From Vulcanimicrobiales bacterium (GTDB lineage: Bacteria > Vulcanimicrobiota > Vulcanimicrobiia > Vulcanimicrobiales > Vulcanimicrobiaceae), in contig JBBRLI010000012.1 of NCBI GenBank assembly GCA_038231455.1, positions 1 through 64,000 of the forward strand: DNA of 64,000 bases, written 5' to 3'. The translations under genes and the position numbers were made by a program. Below are positions 10,592-19,759 of this stretch, piece by piece. How positions within the stretch are numbered: position 1 is the stretch's first letter; each line of letters begins with the position of its first letter. Below the pieces are notes generated by a model. The model made no database searches. It was not told where the DNA came from and worked only from the letters and a program-made list of their open reading frames with translations.

Positions 10592-11050
10592 TTAAGGGTT
10601 CTCGAAGAACGCCTTAAGCTCGAATGATTTGAGGCCCGGCATGGTGACTTGCGGCAACGTTCCCGCATCGATGATATCATCACGACCGACATCGTCATTT
10701 GCGAAGAGCAGAAATGCCGTGAGGGCATACACCTCGCTCGGACGCAGCGGCGCTCTTCGATCCGGTGGCATCGCGCGACGAATGTAGTCGAAGAGCGTCG
10801 TTGCATAAGGCCATCGAGTGGGCGGAAGCCGCAGCGCTTCGCCGTGGCAACGCGCGCACGTAGCGGCAAAAATAGCGGCCCCGTCTTTCGGTGTACCCGA
10901 CCCGGCGGGTAATCCGCTGCCGTCGGGTGCGACGTCGAGATTCAGCGCGGCGACCGCGCGTGAGTCTGCGGGTGCGCCCAGTCCATACGGCCCGTGTGAG
11001 GAGTCTGGCGGGTGCGCGCACGCGACGAGTAGGCCGCAGAGCACGAACAA
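10592..11050 (-). CDS. Mono-heme c-type cytochrome (SoxD-like)
   Basis: CARCH heme motif; PDGSGLPAGSG and WPYATTLFDYIRRAMP typical of the SoxD N-domain; follows soxC. Confidence 0.85.
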   Translation of the reverse strand: MFVLCGLLVACAHPPDSSHGPYGLGAPADSRAVAALNLDVAPDGSGLPAGSGTPKDGAAIFAATCARCHGEALRLPPTRWPYATTLFDYIRRAMPPDRRAPLRPSEVYALTAFLLFANDDVGRDDIIDAGTLPQVTMPGLKSFELKAFFENP

Positions 11051-11057
11051 GGCTTGC

Positions 11058-12227
11058 TTATGCAGCGGTTACCGCTCCGTCGGCAGCGACGCGCCACGTG
11101 CTGATCGCGTTGACGTGATAGCGCAAGGTCGCACCGCGCGCAGCGACGAGCGCGTCGAGCGTCGGCTGCACGGCCCCCGTCTCGTCTTTCGCCCGGCTTG
11201 CAATCGCAAGCGATGCGCCGGTAAAGCGCAGCGGAAAGGTGAAGCGTGTAAAGCTTTTTGCGAGCACGAGCGGATCGAGTATCGCCGGTGTCCAGGAAGT
11301 CCCGCCGTCGGTCGTGACCTCGACGCTTGCGATCTTCCCACGTCCGCTCCACGCGAAGCCACGACCTTCCGTGAAGCCGCCACGCAGACGGTCGCCCGGC
11401 GAAGGAGCGGTGATCACCGACTTCACCTCCATCACAAAGTCAAACAATCGAATCTTCCCGTCCGGCCCCGGCTGCGTGTACTGCGCCGTCTCTTCGCGCG
11501 AGTAGACGGGTCCCGCGGTCAACTTGATGCGTCGCACCCACTTCACATTTGCCGAACCTTCGAAGCCCGGGACCAATAAGCGCACGGGATAGCCTTGTTC
11601 GGGACGCAGCATCTCGCCGTTCTGACCGTACACAAGGATGGCATCGTCGATTGCGGCGAGCGGGATACTCCGATCGTACGCAGCACCATCCGCGCCTTCG
11701 ACGACAAGCCATTTCGCTCGCACGTCGATCCCCGCTTCTTCGAGCACCGCTCGCAGCGGCACGCCGGTCCACGCGCAGCACGACACAAGACCGTGCGAAA
11801 ACTGAACGCCGGTCCCGAGCACCTCCGATCCGCGCGCCGAGTTCCCGCTACACTCGAGGAAATGCACGCGCTCGACCGACGGAAAGCGCATCAGATCGGC
11901 GAGCGAAAACGTCAGCGGTTTTGCGACGAGACCGTGCACGATCACGCGGTGTGCGCGCGGGTCCAGTGCCGGGATACCGGCGTGGACGCGCGTGAACGTC
12001 AGGCCGCTTGGCGTAATGATCCCAAGCTGCTTTGCAAGCGGCGTGAGAGCGGGCGTCGGAACGCCACGCGGCAATCGAACGACGGCTCGTTCGAATGCGG
12101 ACGGTGTACCGTACGGTGCGATGGTCCCCTGAATCGATCGCTCTTGCGGCGCGGACGCGCGAGCAGGGAGAGCAGCGATCTCAGTCGCACCCGGCACGGC
12201 AGTTATGAGGAAATCGCTGCGCTTCAT
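11058..12227 (-). CDS. soxC: Sulfite oxidase-family molybdoprotein (SoxC-like)
   Basis: ITPSGLTFTRVH, FLECSGN, QNGEMLRPEQGYPVRLLVPGFEG, GFAWSGRG. Confidence 0.88.
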   Translation of the reverse strand: MKRSDFLITAVPGATEIAALPARASAPQERSIQGTIAPYGTPSAFERAVVRLPRGVPTPALTPLAKQLGIITPSGLTFTRVHAGIPALDPRAHRVIVHGLVAKPLTFSLADLMRFPSVERVHFLECSGNSARGSEVLGTGVQFSHGLVSCCAWTGVPLRAVLEEAGIDVRAKWLVVEGADGAAYDRSIPLAAIDDAILVYGQNGEMLRPEQGYPVRLLVPGFEGSANVKWVRRIKLTAGPVYSREETAQYTQPGPDGKIRLFDFVMEVKSVITAPSPGDRLRGGFTEGRGFAWSGRGKIASVEVTTDGGTSWTPAILDPLVLAKSFTRFTFPLRFTGASLAIASRAKDETGAVQPTLDALVAARGATLRYHVNAISTWRVAADGAVTAA

Positions 12228-13743
12228 CGTTCTCTCCGCGGTCCGCGCGTTGCTCGTCTGCGCGCTGGGCGCCGCATCGGTCGCGACTACGTTCGCAGCA
12301 CCGCCCAGGATTGCCCTCGCGCATCACGCGGTCTCGACGACGAGCGGTAGTGCGCAACGCGAATTCGACGAAGGCCTCGCGCTGATGTACGCGTTCAATC
12401 CCGAAGAAGCCACGTTTCATTTTCAAGCGGCCGCCCGTAGCGATCCGCGCCTGGCGATGGCCTACTGGGGAATCGCGCTTGCGGCCGGTCGCAACGTCAA
12501 CACTACCTACGATCTGCGGCGCGCCGCGATCGGACGCGCCGCGATCGCACAGGCGCAGACACTCTCCGCAACGCCCGCCGAACGCCGCTACATCGCCGCG
12601 CTCGCCCATCGGTACACTGCACAATACGACGCGCAAATCGTCCCCGCCGAAGTTGCCTACGCGGACGCCATGCGCGAACTCGCTCGCAGCGACGCAAACG
12701 ATCTCGATGCAAAGGTGCTGTGCGCCGAAAGCCTGATGGATCTCACGCCGCTCGACATGTGGCATGGTGCGCAGCCCAATACGTACACGCGCGAAACGAT
12801 CGGACTTCTCGAAGCGACGCTCGCGCGCAATCCAAATCACCTCGGTGCCAACCACTACCTCATTCATGCCTATGAGGACGCGCCAGACCCCGCGGCGTCG
12901 CTCGGCGCGGCGCGCCGACTCGCGTCGCTCGACCTGCCACCGGGTGCCGAACACCTCGCGCACATGCCCGCGCACATTTTCACGCGTGTCGGGGACTACG
13001 ACGCGGCGATCCGCGCCAGCCGTCGTGCGATCGACCTCTTCTCACGCTATCTGCCGCAAGAGCACAGCGACGTCCACAACGGGTACCAGCATCACGACTA
13101 CCAGGTGCTCGGTTACGCTTACGCGATGTCGGGCCAGTGGGCCAAGGCACGCGACAATGCAACCATCGTCGCAAAACAAGTCGACGACACCGGGGCGGCG
13201 GTCGAAACGTACCTGCGCTTTCATAAATGGCGGGAATTGCTCGCGCTACCGGCGCCGGCGCAGCCGGGGCTACGCTATCGATTCGCGCAAGCGCTCGCCA
13301 CCGCAAACACCGGCGACATCGCACCGGCCCGCGCGCTCATTAGCGCACTCGATGAAACGCACGCAACGGATGCGCGCTCGGGCATAGCGCGCGCACAGCT
13401 CGCCGCAGCGATCGACGTCGCCCAGCGTCAAAACGGCGCAGCGATCGCCGAATTGCAACGAGCCGTCGCGTTCGAGGACAGCCTTTCTTCAAAAGAACCG
13501 CCGGCATGGTACTACCCGATTCGGGAAACGCTCGGCGCACGTTTGGCGCTCGACGGTAAATCGCGCGAGGCGGCGGCGGTCTTTTCCGAAGATCTCAAAC
13601 GAAACCCGCACAATCCGCGTTCGCTCTTCGGTCTCTCGCAAGCACTCGCAACAATCGACCGTACACGCGCCGCGAAAGCGGAAACCGCGTTTCGCGCCGC
13701 GTGGTCACACGCCGACGTGAAGTTAACGCTCGCCAACCTGTAA
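12205..13743 (+). CDS. Exported TPR-repeat protein
   Basis: AQREFDEGLALMYAFN, AMAYWG, NHYLIHAYE, HLAHMPAHIF; start uncertain (may be TTG 12250). Confidence 0.8.
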   Translation: MRKSLRFIVLSAVRALLVCALGAASVATTFAAPPRIALAHHAVSTTSGSAQREFDEGLALMYAFNPEEATFHFQAAARSDPRLAMAYWGIALAAGRNVNTTYDLRRAAIGRAAIAQAQTLSATPAERRYIAALAHRYTAQYDAQIVPAEVAYADAMRELARSDANDLDAKVLCAESLMDLTPLDMWHGAQPNTYTRETIGLLEATLARNPNHLGANHYLIHAYEDAPDPAASLGAARRLASLDLPPGAEHLAHMPAHIFTRVGDYDAAIRASRRAIDLFSRYLPQEHSDVHNGYQHHDYQVLGYAYAMSGQWAKARDNATIVAKQVDDTGAAVETYLRFHKWRELLALPAPAQPGLRYRFAQALATANTGDIAPARALISALDETHATDARSGIARAQLAAAIDVAQRQNGAAIAELQRAVAFEDSLSSKEPPAWYYPIRETLGARLALDGKSREAAAVFSEDLKRNPHNPRSLFGLSQALATIDRTRAAKAETAFRAAWSHADVKLTLANL

Positions 13744-13777
13744 GAAAAACCCGCCGTCCGACGGGCGACGGTTTTTC
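13744..13777. terminator. Probable bidirectional terminator
   Basis: gaaaaac..ccgccgtcc/gggcgacgg..tttttc imperfect hairpin between convergent genes. Confidence 0.55.
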
Positions 13778-13796
13778 GCGTGTTGCTCCTCGCGCG

Positions 13797-14708
13797 TTAT
13801 GGCTTGAGCGAGAGCCGCTGGATGAAATCGCCTTCGCCTTTGGGCGATGCCCACACGGCCCAGATGTTCTGCGTCTTTGCATCGATTGCAAGCGTATGCA
13901 CACCGGGCGCGACCATGAAATCCGCAACTTTGACCGGCGCGCCTTTGGCGCTGGTCTTGAACACGGTCACGGTGCCGCCCGACGCGCACGCGAGCATATG
14001 CGATGCCTGATCGAGGTCGCACTGATCGATGCCTTTGGGCGCTTCGGTTTGATAGAGCTTCTTGAGATCTTGCGAGTAGACGCTCATGACGCCGTTGCCA
14101 GCGATGATGACCTGTTTATAACCCGCGTCGTACTGCAAGGGGTGGTTGTTCGTCATCTCGGGCGTCTTTACGTCCGCTTTGACTTTGAGCGTCTTCGCAT
14201 CGACCGTCACGACTTCGGCGGTATTGGCGATATTCTGATAGACATCGTGCGTCTGCGGGTCGACCGCGAGATACTCCGGCTTGTGACCCGGCAGTGCGAC
14301 GACGCCGATTTGCTTCATCGTCTTTGCATCGATCACAAAGATGCGCGTGCCGTCATCTTCATCAGCATAGATGTGAGCGTTCGAAGCGTCGTATGCGATC
14401 GCATCGATGATGCCGTCGACTTTCACCGAGCGCGTCACTTTGAGCGTCGTCGGGTCAACCTCGGACACGCTCTGATCGTCGCCGTTTCCGGTGTAGACCA
14501 TGCCGCTGGACGGATCGAACGCGACACCGTGCATCGGACCGACGCGAACTTGACCGACGATGGCGCCGCTATCGGCGTCGACAACCAGCAGACTGCGATA
14601 GCCGCCGTGCGCGGCATAGACGCGACGATGAACCGAATCGACGGTGACATAATCAAAGCCGCCGGAAACCGGAACGGACTGCGGAGGGGCGAGCGGTACG
14701 ATCGGCAT
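13797..14708 (-). CDS. YncE-like beta-propeller protein
   Basis: GGFDYVTVD, HGVAFDP, DAIAYD, GVHTLAID repeats; AAGGAAG RBS before MPIVP. Confidence 0.8.
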   Translation of the reverse strand: MPIVPLAPPQSVPVSGGFDYVTVDSVHRRVYAAHGGYRSLLVVDADSGAIVGQVRVGPMHGVAFDPSSGMVYTGNGDDQSVSEVDPTTLKVTRSVKVDGIIDAIAYDASNAHIYADEDDGTRIFVIDAKTMKQIGVVALPGHKPEYLAVDPQTHDVYQNIANTAEVVTVDAKTLKVKADVKTPEMTNNHPLQYDAGYKQVIIAGNGVMSVYSQDLKKLYQTEAPKGIDQCDLDQASHMLACASGGTVTVFKTSAKGAPVKVADFMVAPGVHTLAIDAKTQNIWAVWASPKGEGDFIQRLSLKP

Positions 14709-15036
14709 GCGCGCTTCCTTTTTTCTGGTGTGGAATGGAACCACGCTATCGTACCAAACTTGCGCAACCCCTCTTCCCAGCTTCCCTTGAGCTTAAGGCT
14801 CGCTTAAGGTCGTACGACCATCGGAGCGTTCGCTTTCACGCCGCTGGCTCGAACATTCACACCGCGTTCTTCCCGCAGCAGTAGCCTGAATGTGCCACAA
14901 GTTGGTAGGAGATCCAATGACCAAAACTGATGTGCAAGTCACCAAAGACATCTTCGATGAATTAACGTTTGATCTGTAGTAGTCCCCGCCCCTGACACAG
15001 AAAGAATGGCTTGCCGACCCTACTTGGAGGGAAGTC

Positions 15037-15342
15037 ATGCCCCGAACCTACCGTCGCTTCACGCGCGAGTTCAAGATGCAGATCGTCGATGCAATATTGG
15101 GTGGCGCAGTCGCAAGCCAGGTCGCCAAGGCCAACGAATTGCATCCGGAAGTCGTACGCAAATGGGTGCGCGATTTCAAAGCGTATCAAAAAGATGCGTT
15201 CGCCGGCCGCGGAAAAGCGTACACGGACAATGCTAAAGTTGGCGAGCTTGAGCGCCAACTTGGACAACTTGCTGCGGAGAATCTGGTCTTAAAAAAAGCC
15301 TTGCAGCGCATCAAGGAACTAGCCCGCGAGCGCGGCGCGTAG
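15037..15342 (+). CDS. IS3 OrfA (HTH)
   Basis: RRFTREFKMQIV ... VRKWVR ... ENLVLKKA; GGAGG RBS. Confidence 0.92.
   Translation: MPRTYRRFTREFKMQIVDAILGGAVASQVAKANELHPEVVRKWVRDFKAYQKDAFAGRGKAYTDNAKVGELERQLGQLAAENLVLKKALQRIKELARERGA
15289..15298 (+). other. Putative -1 programmed frameshift site (TTA AAA AAA G)
   Basis: A7 run in orfA; the -1 frame is open from here into orfB. Confidence 0.8.
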
Positions 15343-15398
15343 CCGCTCTCACGCTGGCCTCGGAACTCACCGGCACGGTAGTTCCGACGCCATACGGC

Positions 15399-16865
15399 AT
15401 GGTGCGCTTGACGACAACGCTCTTTTCGCGTGCGTTCGGGATCGCAAGGTCGGCTTTTTATCGGCCGATCGAGTCCAAGGTGCGACGCGGTGATTCTCGA
15501 TTGGTGGCCGTCATTAAGGAAGTGCTTTTGAAGCATCCAGACTGCGGCTACCGTCAGGTCACCGATCGTCTTCGCCAGCGCCGGCTCGCGATCAATGCGA
15601 AGAGAACACTGCGTTTGATGCGCGCGCACAACTTGCAAAATAAGCCGCCACGTCGGCCGAAATATCGCGGTGGTCATGCCGCCGGAAATCTTCCAAATCT
15701 CTCGAGAATCGTTTTGACCGCGCCTAATCAGTTGTGGTTGACCGACATAACGTTCCTCAAAGTCAGATCCCGCTGGATCTACTTGGCCGTTCTCCTCGAT
15801 GCATTTAGTCGAAGGTGCATCGGATGGGCAATCGGATCGAACATCACAACCGAACTGACGCTGGAAGCACTGCGAATGGCGCTTGTTTTGCGTCGACCGA
15901 AAGCCGGACTGATTCATCACTCCGACCGTGGCAGTCAGTATGTCAGCTCGGAATATCAAGGCGCTCTGATCGATAGTGGATTTCAACAGAGTTTCAGCAG
16001 ACCTGGCACACCGACCGACAATCCCGTATGCGAACGCTTCATCGGAACGGTGAAACGTGGAGAGATTGCTCATCGTGATTACATCGATATCGATCACGCG
16101 CGCGCCTCGATCGGCGCGTTCATCAAAGACTATAACCAAGATCGACTGCACAGTTCACTCGGAAAACGGTCCCCAATGGAATTCGAGCGAATCTACCGTC
16201 AGGCCGCTTTAGGCCACACCTCGCAAGCCCAACCGGATGTGTCGCGAGCGGGGAGCACTACAGATCCGAGCCTCGATGCGACCGATATCAGCGTCGGCAC
16301 GAAGAACGGCGTCGTCACGATGACCGGTATGGTACGGACCTACGCAGAAAAAATTGCTGCCGAGCACGCGGTAAAACGTGTCTTCGGCGTGCGAGGCCTC
16401 GCTGAAGAGCTGAAGGTTGAACTGCCCAAACTCCACGAGCGTACGGACGCCGAAATCGTTGCGGCCGCACTCAATATTCTCAAGTGGGACGCAAGCCTTC
16501 CGCGCGATACCGTCACCGTAAAAGTGGAAGATAAATGGCTCACGCTCGATGGCAACGTGCCGTGGGAATTCCAGCGCGAACACGCGCGACACATGGTTTC
16601 ATCGCTCATCGGCGTTCGCGGCGTAACCAATCAGATTACCGTACCGACGCGCCCGACGATCGGCGATGTGAAACAAAAGATTCATGACACGTTCGTCCGC
16701 AGCGCCGTCATTGATGCCGACAAACTGAGCATCGAAACCAAGATCGGCGGAACCGTCGTGCTCAACGGTTCGGTCCACTCGTTCAACGAACAAGAAAGCG
16801 CGATTCGCGCAGCCTACTCCGTCCCCGGCGTGACACGCGTCGAGTCACACACCCAAGTCATCTAA
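15399..16865 (+). CDS. IS3 OrfB DDE transposase, read through IRR in frame into the BON-domain remainder
   Basis: WLTDITF, HHSDRGSQY, DNPVCERF, YNQDRLHSSLG; no stop inside the IS. Confidence 0.9.
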   Translation: MVRLTTTLFSRAFGIARSAFYRPIESKVRRGDSRLVAVIKEVLLKHPDCGYRQVTDRLRQRRLAINAKRTLRLMRAHNLQNKPPRRPKYRGGHAAGNLPNLSRIVLTAPNQLWLTDITFLKVRSRWIYLAVLLDAFSRRCIGWAIGSNITTELTLEALRMALVLRRPKAGLIHHSDRGSQYVSSEYQGALIDSGFQQSFSRPGTPTDNPVCERFIGTVKRGEIAHRDYIDIDHARASIGAFIKDYNQDRLHSSLGKRSPMEFERIYRQAALGHTSQAQPDVSRAGSTTDPSLDATDISVGTKNGVVTMTGMVRTYAEKIAAEHAVKRVFGVRGLAEELKVELPKLHERTDAEIVAAALNILKWDASLPRDTVTVKVEDKWLTLDGNVPWEFQREHARHMVSSLIGVRGVTNQITVPTRPTIGDVKQKIHDTFVRSAVIDADKLSIETKIGGTVVLNGSVHSFNEQESAIRAAYSVPGVTRVESHTQVI

Positions 16866-16962
16866 GAGCGGGAACGGTGTCGTCGATACCGTGTCCGGCA
16901 ACCGGGTGAACGATCAGGCGAGTGCACATTCAAGGCGCACTCGCCTGTTCGTGTCCCGGACC

Positions 16963-17220
16963 CTACTCCGGCAAATCGTGGAAGGTCCGTTTGCGTGCAG
17001 ACTCGTCCATCTCGAGATCGTCCAGAAAGTAGTACACGATTTTGCGATCGTCGAACCCGACTTTCGCCAGTTGCCGTCCGCCGATCGTGACGACCTCATG
17101 CACGTGCCCCTCCACCCCGGCGTACGTATAGTTCACAGCGGTATAGTCGGCGTCGTCGGGCTTCGGGCGCGGGGTGACTTTCGTTCCGCGCAATGCCGTT
17201 TGGTGGCGGTGTGTACTCAC
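16963..17220 (-). CDS. Small hypothetical protein (85 aa)
   Basis: GTG start MSTHRHQ...; fills gap between BON and gamma-CA genes; upstream part of the listed ORF is antisense to gamma-CA. Confidence 0.6.
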   Translation of the reverse strand: MSTHRHQTALRGTKVTPRPKPDDADYTAVNYTYAGVEGHVHEVVTIGGRQLAKVGFDDRKIVYYFLDDLEMDESARKRTFHDLPE

Positions 17221-17280
17221 AGGGTCCGTGGGTCCAATCGTTAATCTTTGGGGACTTTCTCGATTCGTCGGAGGACCGGA

Positions 17281-17835
17281 ATGATCATCGAATATCGCGG
17301 AAAACGCCCGAAAATCGCCGCGAGTGCGTTCATTGCGCCGACGGCAATTCTGATCGGTGACGTCGAGATTGGCGAAGAGTCGAGCATCTGGTTTGGGACG
17401 GTCCTCCGGGGCGACAACGGCCCGATCCGGGTCGGTTCGCGGACCTCCGTTCAAGATAACTCGGTCATCCACGTCAGCGAAGGCTGCAGCACGGTCATCG
17501 GCGATGGGTGCACGATCGGGCACAGCGTCGTTATGGAAGATTGCACGATCGAGGACGGGGCGCTCGTGGGCTCCAACGCCGTCGTGCTCAACGGCGCGGT
17601 CGTCGGCACCAAGTCGCTCATCGGCGCGGGTTCCGTCGTCGGAGCGAATGCGATCATTCCGCCGCGTGTGGTCGCAGCCGGCGCGCCTGCGAAAGTGAAG
17701 AAAGTACTCGAAGGCGAGGCGGTCAATTGGGTCGAGCACGCCCCACAAGAGTACGTCACGCTCTCGCGCGCGTATCTCGCCGAGGGACTCGGCGATCCCG
17801 AAATGCACGAGCTCGCCGAGTCGAAACTACACTAG
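17281..17835 (+). CDS. Gamma carbonic anhydrase family protein (hexapeptide repeat)
   Basis: SSIWFGTVLRGD, VQDNSVIH, TIGH; GGAGG RBS. Confidence 0.92.
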   Translation: MIIEYRGKRPKIAASAFIAPTAILIGDVEIGEESSIWFGTVLRGDNGPIRVGSRTSVQDNSVIHVSEGCSTVIGDGCTIGHSVVMEDCTIEDGALVGSNAVVLNGAVVGTKSLIGAGSVVGANAIIPPRVVAAGAPAKVKKVLEGEAVNWVEHAPQEYVTLSRAYLAEGLGDPEMHELAESKLH

Positions 17836-18987
17836 GGCAGTGCGGCGCCGCGCGATCGCGGCGACCATCCGTTTCATGCCTTCTTCGAGTAATTCGGGTG
17901 CGGTTGCAAGCGAGACACGGACGAACCCTTCGCCGCTCGGACCGAACGCCGTCCCGGGCGCAACCGCAAATTTGTCATCGGTAACCATCGCTCGCGCGAA
18001 TTCCACCGCCGTGCAGCCGACGTCACCGAGCTTCACCCAGAGGTAGAAGGCCCCCGAGGGCGTCGAGACTTCGAGACCCGCCGCGCGCAAGGTGCCAAGA
18101 CAGATGTCGCGGCGGCGCTTGTATTCATCGCGCATCTCGGCAACCGCATCTTGCGGTCCGCTGATCGCGGCGAGCGCCGCAAACTGCGCGGGGTGGTTGA
18201 CGCATGACGTCACCGGCTCTTGGAGTTTCGCGACTTGCGCGGCGACGGCGAGTGGTAAGACCGCGTATCCAATGCGCCAACCCGTCATCGCGTATGTCTT
18301 GGAAAATGTATAGCACGAGATGACGCGTTCGGTGCCGCCGATCGCTGCAGCGCTTACGAAGGTATCATCGAAGGTCGTCTCGTCGTAGCACTCATCGGAG
18401 ACCAGCCACAGATCGTGCTTTTCCGCAAACGCAACAAGCGCGGTCATTTGCGCGCGACCGATCACCGAGCCGATCGGGTTCGAGGGCGAGTTGATGAGGA
18501 GTGCTTTGGTCTTCGATGAGATCAGCGGCGTAAGGTCGTCGATCTGTGCGATGAATCCGTGTTCTTCGTGCAGCGGATAGAGCACGGGCGTCGCCCGCAT
18601 CATCGCCGCGCCCATAGCAAAATTCGGCCAGCCCGGATCCGGCAGCAAAATCTCATCCCCCGGATCCAGGATCGCAGACATACTCGTGTAGAGTGCCTCA
18701 ACGCCGCCGGCTGTCACCACAACCTGATCGCGGGTCACGGTGTAGCCGTTCCGCGTGCGTATTTTCTCAACGAGCGCGTCGCGCAGTTCGGGGATTCCGG
18801 CGTTCGGCGTGTACTTCGTCTTGCCGGCTAGCGCCGCGTCCATCGCGGCTTTCACGATGTGCGGCGGCGTTGGGAAATTCGGCTCGCCCGTCGCTGCAAT
18901 GATCGTGTCGGGCGTAGCCCAGGCGAGATCCATGATCTCGCGGATCCCCGAGCGTGGAATAGCTGCGACAGCCGCTGAGACGTTCAC
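17827..18987 (-). CDS. PLP-dependent aminotransferase class I/II
   Basis: GEPNF, INSPSNPIG, SDECY, FSKTYAMTGWRIG. Confidence 0.93.
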   Translation of the reverse strand: MNVSAAVAAIPRSGIREIMDLAWATPDTIIAATGEPNFPTPPHIVKAAMDAALAGKTKYTPNAGIPELRDALVEKIRTRNGYTVTRDQVVVTAGGVEALYTSMSAILDPGDEILLPDPGWPNFAMGAAMMRATPVLYPLHEEHGFIAQIDDLTPLISSKTKALLINSPSNPIGSVIGRAQMTALVAFAEKHDLWLVSDECYDETTFDDTFVSAAAIGGTERVISCYTFSKTYAMTGWRIGYAVLPLAVAAQVAKLQEPVTSCVNHPAQFAALAAISGPQDAVAEMRDEYKRRRDICLGTLRAAGLEVSTPSGAFYLWVKLGDVGCTAVEFARAMVTDDKFAVAPGTAFGPSGEGFVRVSLATAPELLEEGMKRMVAAIARRRTALV

Positions 18988-19382
18988 GAGACCTCCCGGA
19001 TCAGGGTGATGAGATGTTTGAGGACACCACCCTCGACGTCGGCTTCGTCGAAGTCGACCGTAAATCCGACTGCTTGGAGCGCCGCGAGGACGGGACGGTC
19101 GGCGTAGTGCGCCGAGACGAGGAGCGCTGCGCCCTTATCGTGTGCGATTTTCTCGACCGAGTCGATCAGTTCGGCCAGGGCCGTTTCATCAGCCACGATA
19201 TCGTACAGATGGACGGAGCCTTCTTCCAAGACCCACGAGAGCGTGCCGCCGGGAGAGATGAGGATGCCGTTGTCGACCGTCTGAAGCCGCGCTCGGAGCG
19301 ATTTTTCTTCGACCTCCGCGCCGCTTCCGGCGAGGAGCGCGGCGATGCGCGCAAGGTCGACGGGTGTCGCCGCGCGGGCTAT
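18984..19382 (-). CDS. Hypothetical GNAT-like protein, probable non-canonical ATA start
   Basis: Frame reads ARAATPVDLARIAALL... upstream of the TTG at 19229; ATA overlaps the TAG of the VOC gene. Confidence 0.5.
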   Translation of the reverse strand: MARAATPVDLARIAALLAGSGAEVEEKSLRARLQTVDNGILISPGGTLSWVLEEGSVHLYDIVADETALAELIDSVEKIAHDKGAALLVSAHYADRPVLAALQAVGFTVDFDEADVEGGVLKHLITLIREVS

Positions 19383-19735
19383 GGCGCGTAAAAGAATTCG
19401 ATTTGGTAGTGGTCGGGATCGCTCACGTACACGGCTCGTCCGCCCTCGCGGTTCGCCGGTCCCGAATGCACCACGCCGCCGTGTTCGGTGACGCGCTTCG
19501 CAAATGCGTCCACGTCCTCCGGCGCGTCGACGCGAAATCCGATGCGGACTTTCGCCCGTTCGACCGGCGGCGCGGCGTGCAGAATGAATTCGTATGTACC
19601 GAAGGTGACGATCAGGCGGTCGTCGTCGCGCACGGGGTCGGCCCCAAGGATGTCACGGTAGAATTTCTCCGAGACGTCGAGGTTACTGACTCCGAGGCTG
19701 ACATGTGCGGGCCGTAAACCGGTCGCTACGATCAT
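19379..19735 (-). CDS. VOC/glyoxalase family protein
   Basis: HVSLGVSNLDVSEKFYRDILG ... YVSDPDHYQIEF. Confidence 0.9.
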   Translation of the reverse strand: MIVATGLRPAHVSLGVSNLDVSEKFYRDILGADPVRDDDRLIVTFGTYEFILHAAPPVERAKVRIGFRVDAPEDVDAFAKRVTEHGGVVHSGPANREGGRAVYVSDPDHYQIEFFYAP

Positions 19736-19759
19736 CGAGAACGTCCTTTACTGTGCTGG

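Larger units (their letters stand above)
14975..16262 (+). mobile_element. IS3-family insertion sequence (1288 bp)
   Basis: IRL TGTAGTAGTCCCCGCCCCTGACACA (14975-14999) vs IRR reverse complement TGTAGTGCTCCCCGCTCGCGACACA (16238-16262), 20/25 match; 4-bp target duplication GATC at 14971-14974 and 16263-16266. Confidence 0.95.
14917..16865 (+). pseudogene. BON-domain (OsmY-like) gene interrupted by an IS3-family element
   Basis: AGGAG RBS + MTKTDVQVTKDIFDELTFD (14917-14973) continues as DPSLDATDISVGTKNG after the IS; three BON-like repeats. Confidence 0.9.

Noticed and set aside
13701-14807. Long alternative-frame and antisense ORFs (also 3812-4936, 15186-16151, 55012-56301, 56747-58225)
   Set aside because: Arg/Ala-rich GC shadow frames overlapping well-supported genes
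17221-17808. N-terminal part of the 281-aa minus-strand ORF
   Set aside because: Antisense shadow of the gamma-CA gene; only 16963-17220 looks coding
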